A DNA stretch of 25,154 nt from a virus (lineage: Duplodnaviria; Caudoviricetes): positions 1 through 25,154 of the IMG/VR virus record IMGVR_UViG_3300033272_000041. One strand, written 5' to 3'. The position numbers and the translations under genes were made by a program. Each line of letters starts with the position of its first letter. Position 1 is the stretch's first letter. The notes under the pieces are model-generated. The model saw only the letters and a program-made list of their open reading frames with translations, ran no database searches and was not told where the DNA came from. Shown piece after piece: positions 17,700-25,126 of this stretch.

Positions 17700-18033
17700 T
17701 TTTCTCAGCTCTCATTTTCGATTCTAGATACTGAATGTCTATTTCAGCATTTCTAACAATAGCATCTAGGATAAACCTTTGCATATCTGTTGCACCCTCG
17801 GCCTCATAATAGTATCGAAGTCCAAAGAACTTCTCTTTAACCTGAATAATCCGATACTTAGGATAAACATACTTCATTGCTTCATGAGTACGTTTAATGA
17901 TTTCATACCATGGGTCGGTCTGTCCAAATGTTTCAACATATACACCATTCACGGTTTGAATTTGCTTCTTGCTGAGCCTCTCGTTAGTCCACTCAATACA
18001 AAAGCCAGCTGTAAGTCCTCTAATATTCTTCAT
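17689..18033 (-). CDS. Hypothetical phage protein (QVKEKF.GLRYY family)
   Basis: IIQVKEKFFGLRYY motif, recalled as common in phages. Confidence 0.8.
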   Translation of the reverse strand: MKNIRGLTAGFCIEWTNERLSKKQIQTVNGVYVETFGQTDPWYEIIKRTHEAMKYVYPKYRIIQVKEKFFGLRYYYEAEGATDMQRFILDAIVRNAEIDIQYLESKMRAEKNAF

Positions 18034-18045
18034 GAGCCTAGTCTA

Positions 18046-18249
18046 TCAAAGAGATGGGGGATAGTCAAGCTCTTCATCCCAAGTTAAAAGATATTTCTCA
18101 TACATTTTCATCAGGGCATCGTCGTACTGTTCATCGGTCATGTCGTCACGAACATCCCTATGCCAGGCCTGTTTCTGTGCAGCCTTAGAGATAGGGCTAT
18201 CGTAATGGTAAAACATATCACCACTCATCTTGTTCATTACCAAAACCAC
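18046..18249 (-). CDS. Hypothetical protein
   Basis: ORF track. Confidence 0.65.
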   Translation of the reverse strand: MVLVMNKMSGDMFYHYDSPISKAAQKQAWHRDVRDDMTDEQYDDALMKMYEKYLLTWDEELDYPPSL

Positions 18250-18410
18250 AGGCTATCTGCTTCTTGCTTGGATGGTCTTGCAACCAAGATGTTCTGGTAT
18301 CTGATCTGTTCGTCAAGCCTCTTAGTTTCAGCAACGTAATGTTTTTGAATACTTCGACTGACCACCCAGAAGATAGCAGCAATGACTACTAAACCTAAGA
18401 GTCCTATCAT
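18237..18410 (-). CDS. Small membrane protein
   Basis: ATG 18410 with GGAGGGG RBS; N-terminal TM helix. Confidence 0.7.
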   Translation of the reverse strand: MIGLLGLVVIAAIFWVVSRSIQKHYVAETKRLDEQIRYQNILVARPSKQEADSLWFW

Positions 18411-18535
18411 TCTGAACCCCTCCATGGACGCTGAACCAATAGCACCCAGATCTTGTTGAACTCTTGAACAGACAGACCACCGCCAATAGCAATCTTGAGA
18501 ACATCTACTCTCGCACTGTTTATATCATACTTCAT
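18407..18535 (-). CDS. Hypothetical protein (42 aa, not in ORF track)
   Basis: MKYDINSARVDVLKIAIGG...WRGSE*; AAGGA RBS; ATGA overlap. Confidence 0.55.
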   Translation of the reverse strand: MKYDINSARVDVLKIAIGGGLSVQEFNKIWVLLVQRPWRGSE

Positions 18536-18547
18536 TAGATATCATCC

Positions 18548-18769
18548 TTACGGGCTAGGTAGCTCTTTAACTTGACGAATGATCCCTACAACTTCTCTAG
18601 GTGTTAGATAGCCTACTATACCCTCAGTAATGGGAGTGTTGTAACATAGAGCGTTACCTCTGAGTACCGCGATTTCATACAAGCCTTCCTTGTGGCCAAG
18701 GCTTATGTCATTACGAATGACGGATACTCCATAGCCATTAGAAAACTTCCAGCGACGATGATAGTTCAT
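18548..18769 (-). CDS. Hypothetical phage protein (F.NGYG.SVI...GLYEIAVL family)
   Basis: Motif recalled as widespread in phages; GAGGAG RBS. Confidence 0.85.
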   Translation of the reverse strand: MNYHRRWKFSNGYGVSVIRNDISLGHKEGLYEIAVLRGNALCYNTPITEGIVGYLTPREVVGIIRQVKELPSP

Positions 18770-18954
18770 TATATCTCCTCTATAAGTGGTTGTCTAATTC
18801 GGTATACTAAATTCTTTCGGTCTTCTTCAAGACTTTCTCCGCTCCAGTCCTCTGCCATAATGATGTTAAGGATGCGAATTCGTTCTTGATCTTTTCCGAC
18901 CGATACTCCATGCCGGAAGATGCCAAGATCGTCATCTTTTTCTGGTTTAAACAT
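18769..18954 (-). CDS. Hypothetical protein (ERIRIL motif)
   Basis: ATG 18954 with GAGGA RBS. Confidence 0.7.
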   Translation of the reverse strand: MFKPEKDDDLGIFRHGVSVGKDQERIRILNIIMAEDWSGESLEEDRKNLVYRIRQPLIEEI

Positions 18955-19195
18955 TATCGTCCTCTTCAATGCTAATAATTGGTGTAGACAGAGCCCACTC
19001 ATTCTTTCCTGCAACATAAAGCCTTAGACCAACAGTCAAGGGCAGTTTCTCAGTAGCGAATATCTCAGAGTGTGTCCTGACATCATTACTTATACAGTAC
19101 ATAAGCCAAACTTTCTGGTGATAGTTTCCGTTTTTACTCCAGTATCCTCTGGGAGTGATCTCGTATACAGATCCTGATTCAGTTGTAATCTTCAT
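18947..19195 (-). CDS. Hypothetical protein (TESGSVY...STPI family)
   Basis: ORF track; TGATG coupling. Confidence 0.8.
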   Translation of the reverse strand: MKITTESGSVYEITPRGYWSKNGNYHQKVWLMYCISNDVRTHSEIFATEKLPLTVGLRLYVAGKNEWALSTPIISIEEDDNV

Positions 19196-19392
19196 CAACG
19201 CTTCTTTAAATTAATTGAAACAAAAACAATGGCAAGGAATACAACGCCGATTGTAAGGGGAATCCAGAAGGGGGCCAATACCCACCACCAAGACCATGCA
19301 ATAACACCCGTAAGCTTAAGAGTGATAAAGATCAATAGCAATACCGTAAGGAACCAAGAATTGCCCAGCTTAACTTCTACATTTTTTGTCAT
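19195..19392 (-). CDS. Small membrane protein (LKLTGVI.WSWWWVLAP.W family)
   Basis: Common phage two-TM motif; leaderless start. Confidence 0.85.
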   Translation of the reverse strand: MTKNVEVKLGNSWFLTVLLLIFITLKLTGVIAWSWWWVLAPFWIPLTIGVVFLAIVFVSINLKKR

Positions 19393-19398
19393 AGCATC

Positions 19399-19427
19399 AT
19401 CCTCTCACATCGTTGAGTGTGTGTCAA
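19399..19427 (-). promoter_or_regulatory. Leftward SigA-type promoter, leaderless
   Basis: TTGACA, 17 nt, GAGGAT, 6 nt, ATG 19392. Confidence 0.7.
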
Positions 19428-19449
19428 GTAAAACATGTTAGGCAATCTA

Positions 19450-19478
19450 TTGACAAACCTTTATTCTTGACATAGAAT
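19450..19478 (+). promoter_or_regulatory. Rightward SigA-type promoter
   Basis: TTGACA 19450-19455, 17 nt, TAGAAT 19473-19478, 6 nt, ATG 19485. Confidence 0.8.
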
Positions 19479-19497
19479 AATAACATGAAGGAAAATA

Positions 19498-19656
19498 ATG
19501 GCTAGGGGAACATCACTCTTTGGGTGGTGTCTTCCTGGCAGTAGACACTCTGATTGCATTGTAGTTATTCATTGGCCAAAAGAAACATTCTGTGCCTGTG
19601 TGTGTCACAAGCCTAAGAGTCTTCGCGGTAGACCTCGCAAGAATTCGGCGGAATAA
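19498..19656 (+). CDS. Zn-finger/AT-hook microprotein (52 aa, not in ORF track)
   Basis: MARGTSLFGWCLPGSRHSDC...CACVCHKPKSLRGRPRKNSAE*; AAGGA RBS. Confidence 0.7.
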   Translation: MARGTSLFGWCLPGSRHSDCIVVIHWPKETFCACVCHKPKSLRGRPRKNSAE

Positions 19657-19748
19657 AGTTCGGTGAGTATTACCACGACAACATACCACATATACATTAC
19701 ACATGACGCTATGGATTATAGTGTCGAGGTTTTACTTAAAGGAGAATT

Positions 19749-20036
19749 ATGAATACATGGATGACTCAATACAATGTTTTACACAAATATGCTCGGAATG
19801 TTGCACGTTCCTTTGATAATGAAATTGAGGCTAAAGAGTGGGCATTCGCTATGAATTTTCACCGAGACCTTTATGTCGTTGAGAAGTTTAACCCATATAA
19901 GAGTGTTCATCGTTTTGAAATTATTGACGAAACTGGACGATCTCGTTTGTATGCAGGGGTTGACATTGAGGTATCTATACAGGATAATGGTTATACCATG
20001 AAAGTATTTGTAGACGAAAGAGGAGACGGTGAGTAA
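19749..20036 (+). CDS. Hypothetical protein (SIQDNGYTMKVFV family)
   Basis: AAGGAG RBS; ORF track. Confidence 0.8.
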   Translation: MNTWMTQYNVLHKYARNVARSFDNEIEAKEWAFAMNFHRDLYVVEKFNPYKSVHRFEIIDETGRSRLYAGVDIEVSIQDNGYTMKVFVDERGDGE

Positions 20037-20229
20037 GAAATCGCTATTGCAAGACAAGTATTCCGCTGACGCAGAACGTGTTGTCAGTCTTATTACCCAA
20101 AGCGAGATAAAGCAACGAGAGCAAGCAGCCTATGACAGGGGCTACCGACGTGGCTACATCTTGTCCGCTATCTTTTTATTCATCGGTATGGTTGTTTATT
20201 CTATCATTAAGGCTTGGTTAGGCTCATGA
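20029..20229 (+). CDS. Small protein with C-terminal TM helix
   Basis: AGGAG RBS, GTG start. Confidence 0.75.
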   Translation: MSKKSLLQDKYSADAERVVSLITQSEIKQREQAAYDRGYRRGYILSAIFLFIGMVVYSIIKAWLGS

Positions 20230-20381
20230 CACAAAAAGAATTAGAAGACGTGTTTGCTGCTAATGCAGCATTTACAGAAACTCTATCGGGAATGCTTAAC
20301 GGATTAATCAATTCGGGATTTTCTCGTGAAGTAGCAGAACAGATCATTCTTATGACACTGAAAGGAAAGAAAGATGAGTAA
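20226..20381 (+). CDS. Hypothetical protein (51 aa, not in ORF track)
   Basis: MTQKELEDVF...GFSREVAEQII...KKDE*; ATGA overlap. Confidence 0.7.
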   Translation: MTQKELEDVFAANAAFTETLSGMLNGLINSGFSREVAEQIILMTLKGKKDE

Positions 20382-20700
20382 AGTAAAAGTTGGCGACCGT
20401 GTTCGAGTTGTTGTTGAAGGCACCGTCCAAAATATAACTCTAAATGAGCATGTTCAGGTTTGTGGCGTGTATTACTACTTCGATGAAAACAGCAAGGTCG
20501 GTCTCGTCTCGATTGAGGTTATCCCTGAACCGTTTGTGTTTCCCAAGAAAAAGTGGGCGCAAGTAACCGCAGACGGAGTTTTGTGGACACTTACAGATTT
20601 CGGCATGTGGGCCAATCTCCACGGCGATCGGCTTTACATGCTGAAACTCACTGAGTCATCGAATCTCCGTGTTATCTCGGAAGGAGTAGACGATGAGTGA
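20374..20700 (+). CDS. Hypothetical protein, paralog 1 (KOW/SH3-like start)
   Basis: VKVGDRVRV; similar to the next ORF. Confidence 0.85.
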   Translation: MSKVKVGDRVRVVVEGTVQNITLNEHVQVCGVYYYFDENSKVGLVSIEVIPEPFVFPKKKWAQVTADGVLWTLTDFGMWANLHGDRLYMLKLTESSNLRVISEGVDDE

Positions 20701-21073
20701 GGTAAAAGTTGGCGACCGCGTTCGGATTGTCTTTGAGGATGAGGTGGAGGAGGTCGGCATAAGCGGTTTCATAACCGTCGTGGCGGGTGGCCGCTACATT
20801 TCGGGTAGTGGCAATTACGCAGAGGCGCAGTGCCTGGCGGCGGGTAAGTATGGTGTCGTCTCGATTGAGGTAATCTCTGAACCGTTTGTTCTCCCCAGGA
20901 AACGGTGGGCGCAAGTGGTTGATTCACAAAACTTCCTGTGGACGCGAGTACACCCAGAGGATGAGCTTTCTATCCATTATCAATGGGTAAGCCTTGGCGG
21001 GAAAATTATCCCAAGCTGGAAGCTCTTAAAACTGTCGGGTCTTCGTGTTATATCAGAAGGAGTAGACGAGTGA
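20693..21073 (+). CDS. Hypothetical protein, paralog 2
   Basis: VKVGDRVRI...SIEVISEPFV.P...WAQV...LRVISEGVDE. Confidence 0.85.
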   Translation: MSEVKVGDRVRIVFEDEVEEVGISGFITVVAGGRYISGSGNYAEAQCLAAGKYGVVSIEVISEPFVLPRKRWAQVVDSQNFLWTRVHPEDELSIHYQWVSLGGKIIPSWKLLKLSGLRVISEGVDE

Positions 21074-21294
21074 GTAAGCGCGCATCTGAACAGACCGTGA
21101 CAACGCGAACCTCATACGTGCAGAGCAATATACTTTTTGGCCTCGGTGGCGGAATCCAGTTACAAGACCTGCGGGACATTGTTGCCGCTACGAAGGATTA
21201 TTCTCGATATTCACGGGTCATATTGGAAAGGCAAAAAGTTACCGTAGTGGAGAAGAGTGACAACGGCTGGAGCCGCAAAGGGCTAGACGAATGA
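21070..21294 (+). CDS. Hypothetical protein
   Basis: GTGA overlap with AAGGAG RBS. Confidence 0.7.
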   Translation: MSKRASEQTVTTRTSYVQSNILFGLGGGIQLQDLRDIVAATKDYSRYSRVILERQKVTVVEKSDNGWSRKGLDE

Positions 21295-21476
21295 TTCGCT
21301 GGTGGCAGTTTGAGAAGCGTTCGCGGTGTTTGCATGAATATCTTCGCGGAATTTACGGTGATGAAATTATCTTCGCTACACCAAGCTTTTCTCGGCTTCA
21401 ATGCTGGGAGTGTGGAAAATACCTTGACGGACCAGTCTCATTGGCACAAAGAGGGAAGGGGAAACGGAATGAGTGA
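21291..21476 (+). CDS. Small zinc-binding hypothetical protein
   Basis: CLH...GIYGDEII...CWECGK. Confidence 0.75.
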   Translation: MIRWWQFEKRSRCLHEYLRGIYGDEIIFATPSFSRLQCWECGKYLDGPVSLAQRGKGKRNE

Positions 21477-21729
21477 GCAGAAAGTTCTGGAAGCAATCAA
21501 GAAACTCCACAGTCCACAAGTTCTGTACTCGCTCGAACACGACCGCGACTTGAGCTACGAGAGTGAAGAGGATGCGAGTTACTGGAAAGAGTGGGAAGAC
21601 GAAGCAATCATCACGTTCATGATATGCACTCATTGTGGATCTATTGAGACGAGTGACGATGGGGAGAAACCATTCCGGGATTCATTGTGGCCCTGTTACA
21701 CTGCTCAAATATGGTTGGAGGTAAACTAA
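21469..21729 (+). CDS. Hypothetical protein (LH.P...CxxC...WPC.T family)
   Basis: ATGAGTGA overlap; WPCYTA motif typical of actinophage small proteins. Confidence 0.8.
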   Translation: MSEQKVLEAIKKLHSPQVLYSLEHDRDLSYESEEDASYWKEWEDEAIITFMICTHCGSIETSDDGEKPFRDSLWPCYTAQIWLEVN

Positions 21730-21875
21730 TGAGCCTTGCTAGCAACTTTGCCTGTCTCGTCTCAATTGTCTTCCTGCTCATGGGTGCAGTCTTAGACGGC
21801 ACATCAGTTTTTTTAGTCGCAATACCGATAAGCATCTGCGTATTAATAATCATGTCAAACACTCGAAAGGAATAA
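21729..21875 (+). CDS. Small two-TM membrane protein
   Basis: GGAGG RBS, TAATG coupling. Confidence 0.7.
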   Translation: MSLASNFACLVSIVFLLMGAVLDGTSVFLVAIPISICVLIIMSNTRKE

Positions 21876-21879
21876 ACGA

Positions 21880-22401
21880 ATGAATGAACTATTTGCTGAG
21901 GGCGACCTTGTTGAAGCGGTGAAGACAGAGATTGCTTCTTCGACTCGACTGCGCGGTGTGCTCAAATCTACCGGATGGGAGAACGGTTTTATTCTCCAAG
22001 CCCAAGGTTTCAGCCCTGAAATTAGCGAGTTGGAAGCAAAGGGCTTCACCCTCACTCTCCTTGAGAAGGCGACACCGCCACTACCCACAGAACAGGGATG
22101 GTATACCGACCAAGAGGGGGACATTTGGCGGGTTGATAGTTTTGCTAAGTTCTGGTGTATCGGGTCCGTAGCAGATGATGAGAACCCGTCAGATTACGCA
22201 CCATTTACTCGTCTTGAGCCTGTTGCTGAGACAGCGAAAGCCGATGTTTTGAATGGTTGGGTTAGCTGGTTTGAGGTAAACGAGTCACATGTTGGGGGCA
22301 AACATACATTCACTGCATATGAAGTGGCTGAGCTTCTACGTGGCCCCGAGCCATTTGGCTTTATGGCTACAAACAACGAGACGGGGGCAGACGATGAGTG
22401 A
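21880..22401 (+). CDS. Hypothetical protein (LPTE.G.Y.D..G..W / APFTRL module)
   Basis: ORF track; AAGGA RBS. Confidence 0.8.
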   Translation: MNELFAEGDLVEAVKTEIASSTRLRGVLKSTGWENGFILQAQGFSPEISELEAKGFTLTLLEKATPPLPTEQGWYTDQEGDIWRVDSFAKFWCIGSVADDENPSDYAPFTRLEPVAETAKADVLNGWVSWFEVNESHVGGKHTFTAYEVAELLRGPEPFGFMATNNETGADDE

Positions 22402-22582
22402 GCAGAGCACCCTAAAGATTCAGTTTGGTCGCCGTAACAGGGAGACGGGACATGTTCAACCGCTTAGTGGCCCGCCTCTGATTGACTGGTGGGGAGAATC
22501 GCAGGAAACGTTTGAGCACGTTCAACGATTTGTCCAACCTTGGATACCAATAGATGAAACAGCAGGAGAGTCGAATGTTTGA
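22394..22582 (+). CDS. Hypothetical protein
   Basis: ATGAGTGA overlap, GGGGG RBS. Confidence 0.7.
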   Translation: MSEQSTLKIQFGRRNRETGHVQPLSGPPLIDWWGESQETFEHVQRFVQPWIPIDETAGESNV

Positions 22583-22829
22583 GTACACGCCAAAGACTAA
22601 GGATGTTCGAGAGGCTTATATTGATGACCAAATGCGTGGCGAGTTTGGTCGTCTAATGGGTGAGACTCCAGGCGAGTTTGATCGCTGGCTTGCCGAGCAT
22701 GACCGGCTAACCGCTAAGGCCGCATGGGATGAAGGAGATAATGCTAGTTCCGAGAATCAATTGAATTGGGACGGGTGGAGATACACAAAGCCTGAAATGA
22801 AGAACCCTTACCGAGGAGACGAAGCATGA
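22575..22829 (+). CDS. Hypothetical protein (FDRWLAEHD, AWDEG...NPYR modules)
   Basis: AGGAG RBS before ATG 22575. Confidence 0.8.
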   Translation: MFEYTPKTKDVREAYIDDQMRGEFGRLMGETPGEFDRWLAEHDRLTAKAAWDEGDNASSENQLNWDGWRYTKPEMKNPYRGDEA

Positions 22830-23143
22830 GCACCGACGACATGACCCCAAAGAATCAACGCCTAATGATCCATGTTGAAGGGTTGCAAGTGACCCTTACG
22901 AAACGTAACGAACAGATCGCGAGGTTGCAAGCAAAAATCATTCACCTTGAGGAAGGCACTGCTACGAACGCGGAGATCGTGAAGGCTTACGGTAAAGGGT
23001 GGAAAGCGTGTGCTGAGCTTATGGAAGCCACGGCCAATGAGGCGATCAAGTCGTTAGATAACTTTCGCAGTTTCGCGTTTCGGGAGTCGTTACAGGGTGA
23101 ACGTTTGATGCGGCCCACAGTTGAAGGATGTGAACAAGCATGA
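22826..23143 (+). CDS. Coiled-coil hypothetical protein
   Basis: ATGA overlap, GAGGAG RBS. Confidence 0.75.
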   Translation: MSTDDMTPKNQRLMIHVEGLQVTLTKRNEQIARLQAKIIHLEEGTATNAEIVKAYGKGWKACAELMEATANEAIKSLDNFRSFAFRESLQGERLMRPTVEGCEQA

Positions 23144-23340
23144 GTGAAACATTCACGTTGGATAGCCGATATTGGATCACACAAAACGGCGAAGACCTGA
23201 CATTAGACGATGAGACGGTTGCCATTATCCGCAGGAGCGCCCTGGCTAAAGTGTGGGACGAAGGATATGTCGAGGGTTTAGGCGACGGAATCTATTCGCT
23301 GTGTGAGGGCGTAAACCCTTACCGAGGAGCAGAAGCATGA
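23140..23340 (+). CDS. Hypothetical protein (VWDEGY...NPYR module)
   Basis: ATGA overlap. Confidence 0.75.
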   Translation: MSETFTLDSRYWITQNGEDLTLDDETVAIIRRSALAKVWDEGYVEGLGDGIYSLCEGVNPYRGAEA

Positions 23341-23588
23341 GTGACGGGGAGAACCGTCCCATTGACCGACCATGGATGACTCAAACAAGACTGGAACGGG
23401 AACTCATGTATGAACCCGACTACCTGCAAGAAGTTATTGACCGGGCGGAAGAAGTCGAGGACGCACTTAACCGACTCCCCGAAACAATCAACTCAGGGTC
23501 GGTAATTGAAGAGTTCACCGAATATGAGCGCGGATACATTGCCGCAATAAGTGAGGCGGCATGTTGGAAGGAGAACAAGAATGAGTGA
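23337..23588 (+). CDS. Hypothetical protein
   Basis: ATGA overlap, GAGGAG RBS. Confidence 0.75.
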   Translation: MSDGENRPIDRPWMTQTRLERELMYEPDYLQEVIDRAEEVEDALNRLPETINSGSVIEEFTEYERGYIAAISEAACWKENKNE

Positions 23589-23700
23589 ACATAGCTTTCA
23601 TCCTATTTATGAGGGGTGTATCGAATGTGCAGCATTACCTAATGAAGATGTAGACTGTATACCACCAGAGACAGGAGTAAAAAATGAGACCAAGGGATGA
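23581..23700 (+). CDS. Hypothetical microprotein (39 aa, H/CxxC; not in ORF track)
   Basis: MSEHSFHPIYEGCIECAALPNEDVDC...; AAGGAG RBS. Confidence 0.6.
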   Translation: MSEHSFHPIYEGCIECAALPNEDVDCIPPETGVKNETKG

Positions 23701-23818
23701 GCTTATCCTTCTTGATATGCAGAACCAGATTGATACATTGCGTAACCAATTAAACCAACAAATGAGGATTACCTTAGACCTTATTAATATCCTAAAAGAG
23801 AGGGAAGACCATGAGTGA
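23684..23818 (+). CDS. Hypothetical microprotein (44 aa; not in ORF track)
   Basis: MRPRDELILLDMQNQID...; AGGAG RBS. Confidence 0.65.
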   Translation: MRPRDELILLDMQNQIDTLRNQLNQQMRITLDLINILKEREDHE

Positions 23819-23984
23819 ACTAACAGATAGAATTTGGAAGCTTGAGAACAGAGTAAGAGATCTTGATGGTAGACTTTCAGGACTTATCAAGATCATTGCG
23901 AATATTGATCGGGGTAGCGAATTTGACAGAGGCTATGATCTAGGATACAATAATGCTATGGAAGATAACAATGAGTCTATATAG
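23811..23984 (+). CDS. Hypothetical protein (57 aa; not in ORF track)
   Basis: MSELTDRIWKLENRV...FDRGYDLGY...; GAGGG RBS. Confidence 0.7.
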   Translation: MSELTDRIWKLENRVRDLDGRLSGLIKIIANIDRGSEFDRGYDLGYNNAMEDNNESI

Positions 23985-24174
23985 TAATGACCATTACCCA
24001 ACTACAATTAACTTTGAAGAATCTAGAGCTGCTGTGCGAGAGCGTCAAAGAATTCTTCATATGTTGCGTGAGATAGGTATTGCCACAGAGGATTTCTCTC
24101 CAGACTTTGTAGATGGTTTTCGGGAAGCAATGAAGGCTTGCATTCAAGCTGCGGACACTAAGGGGCCATACTGA
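23971..24174 (+). CDS. Hypothetical protein (ERQRIL motif)
   Basis: ORF track; start moved to ATG 23971. Confidence 0.7.
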   Translation: MSLYSNDHYPTTINFEESRAAVRERQRILHMLREIGIATEDFSPDFVDGFREAMKACIQAADTKGPY

Positions 24175-24488
24175 TGATATATTACATTAAGCAAGATGAC
24201 ACTATCTGGGGATGTGGAGATCCTGAGTGTTGTGGAGAATACTATAAAGATCTCAAAGAGTCCTTTGTTGATATGCCTGAAGGTGTAGAGATCACAGCGC
24301 TGGCCCTCCAACGTCAGATGGGTGGTGGACCTGTTTTAGAGTTTAGAGAAGCTACGCACCTGGAATGCTTGTCATGGTACTTAGCCTATAACGAGGGGTA
24401 TAGCGAAGGATACAGCGAGGGACACACCAAAGGACAGAAAGACAACGTGGACTATGTAGACAAGCTATGGCCACTGATAGATAAATAG
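24174..24488 (+). CDS. Hypothetical protein (CGDPECCG; GxxxG repeats)
   Basis: TGATG coupling; ORF track. Confidence 0.75.
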   Translation: MIYYIKQDDTIWGCGDPECCGEYYKDLKESFVDMPEGVEITALALQRQMGGGPVLEFREATHLECLSWYLAYNEGYSEGYSEGHTKGQKDNVDYVDKLWPLIDK

Positions 24489-24499
24489 TTTTACCAATT

Positions 24500-24562
24500 A
24501 AGATAAGTGTTAATGTAGTAATGGTTAGATCGTTTGACTGTTATTGTGTTAACACTTATTTT
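24500..24562 (+). other. Long G.U-rich RNA hairpin
   Basis: Arms 24500-24529 and 24533-24562 pair without bulges; all non-Watson-Crick pairs are G.U on the + strand. Confidence 0.75.
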
Positions 24563-24571
24563 TTTGCAAAG

Positions 24572-24610
24572 AAGAACCCCACCCCCCTTAAGTAGAGGTG
24601 GGGCTTTTTC
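24572..24610. terminator. Probable bidirectional terminator
   Basis: AAGAA-CCCCACC...GGTGGGG-CTTTTT between convergent genes. Confidence 0.7.
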
Positions 24611-24616
24611 TATTTG

Positions 24617-24904
24617 TTAAGCATTGAATAGTTCTCTCGAACGACTACCGACCAGACCATATCGCTGTGCTTCCTGTGCTGATTCCATAAGGAACTCAAG
24701 TCCTTGGTTAGCGTTCTTGGCTGACAGAACGATGTGAGCAGCCAAAACAATTGCTGCATCATAACCACGCTCAAAGGCCATGGTCTCTTCAAAACCAGGA
24801 GCCGCTCCCTTACCAGTCTTAAACTCTTCAGCGAATGCCTCGTATGCCTCTATCTTCTCTGAACTCATATTTTCTTCTCTCATTTTGTGTTGGCTATTTG
24901 CCAT
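24617..24904 (-). CDS. Hypothetical protein
   Basis: ORF track; leaderless ATG 24904 or internal ATG 24868. Confidence 0.75.
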   Translation of the reverse strand: MANSQHKMREENMSSEKIEAYEAFAEEFKTGKGAAPGFEETMAFERGYDAAIVLAAHIVLSAKNANQGLEFLMESAQEAQRYGLVGSRSRELFNA

Positions 24905-24910
24905 GTATCT

Positions 24911-24939
24911 ATTATCTCAGATCACAGCTCCGCTGTCAA
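24911..24939 (-). promoter_or_regulatory. SigA-type promoter, leaderless
   Basis: TTGACA, 17 nt, GATAAT, 6 nt, ATG 24904. Confidence 0.75.
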
Positions 24940-25007
24940 GTTTTGCGGGTATAAAGAACTTACCCTATTATCCCTATATGAACCAATCACTCTAGTAGTA
25001 ATACATC

Positions 25008-25047
25008 GTTGTTATGTACTTTAGTTGGTTGCTGTGTACTTTGGTTG
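25008..25047. repeat. Tandem 20-bp direct repeat (2 copies, 17/20 identical)
   Basis: GTTGTTATGTACTTTAGTTG / GTTGCTGTGTACTTTGGTTG. Confidence 0.75.
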
Positions 25048-25126
25048 GTTTAAGAGCTATCCAGCATAGCCAGATGAAGCGAAGCTCACCAGATATGCCT
25101 GATCAGAGGAAGAGCTTTACCCCGAT

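Noticed and set aside
19663-19752. 29-codon GTG ORF filling the gap before 19749
   Set aside because: No RBS and low-complexity sequence; cannot be supported.
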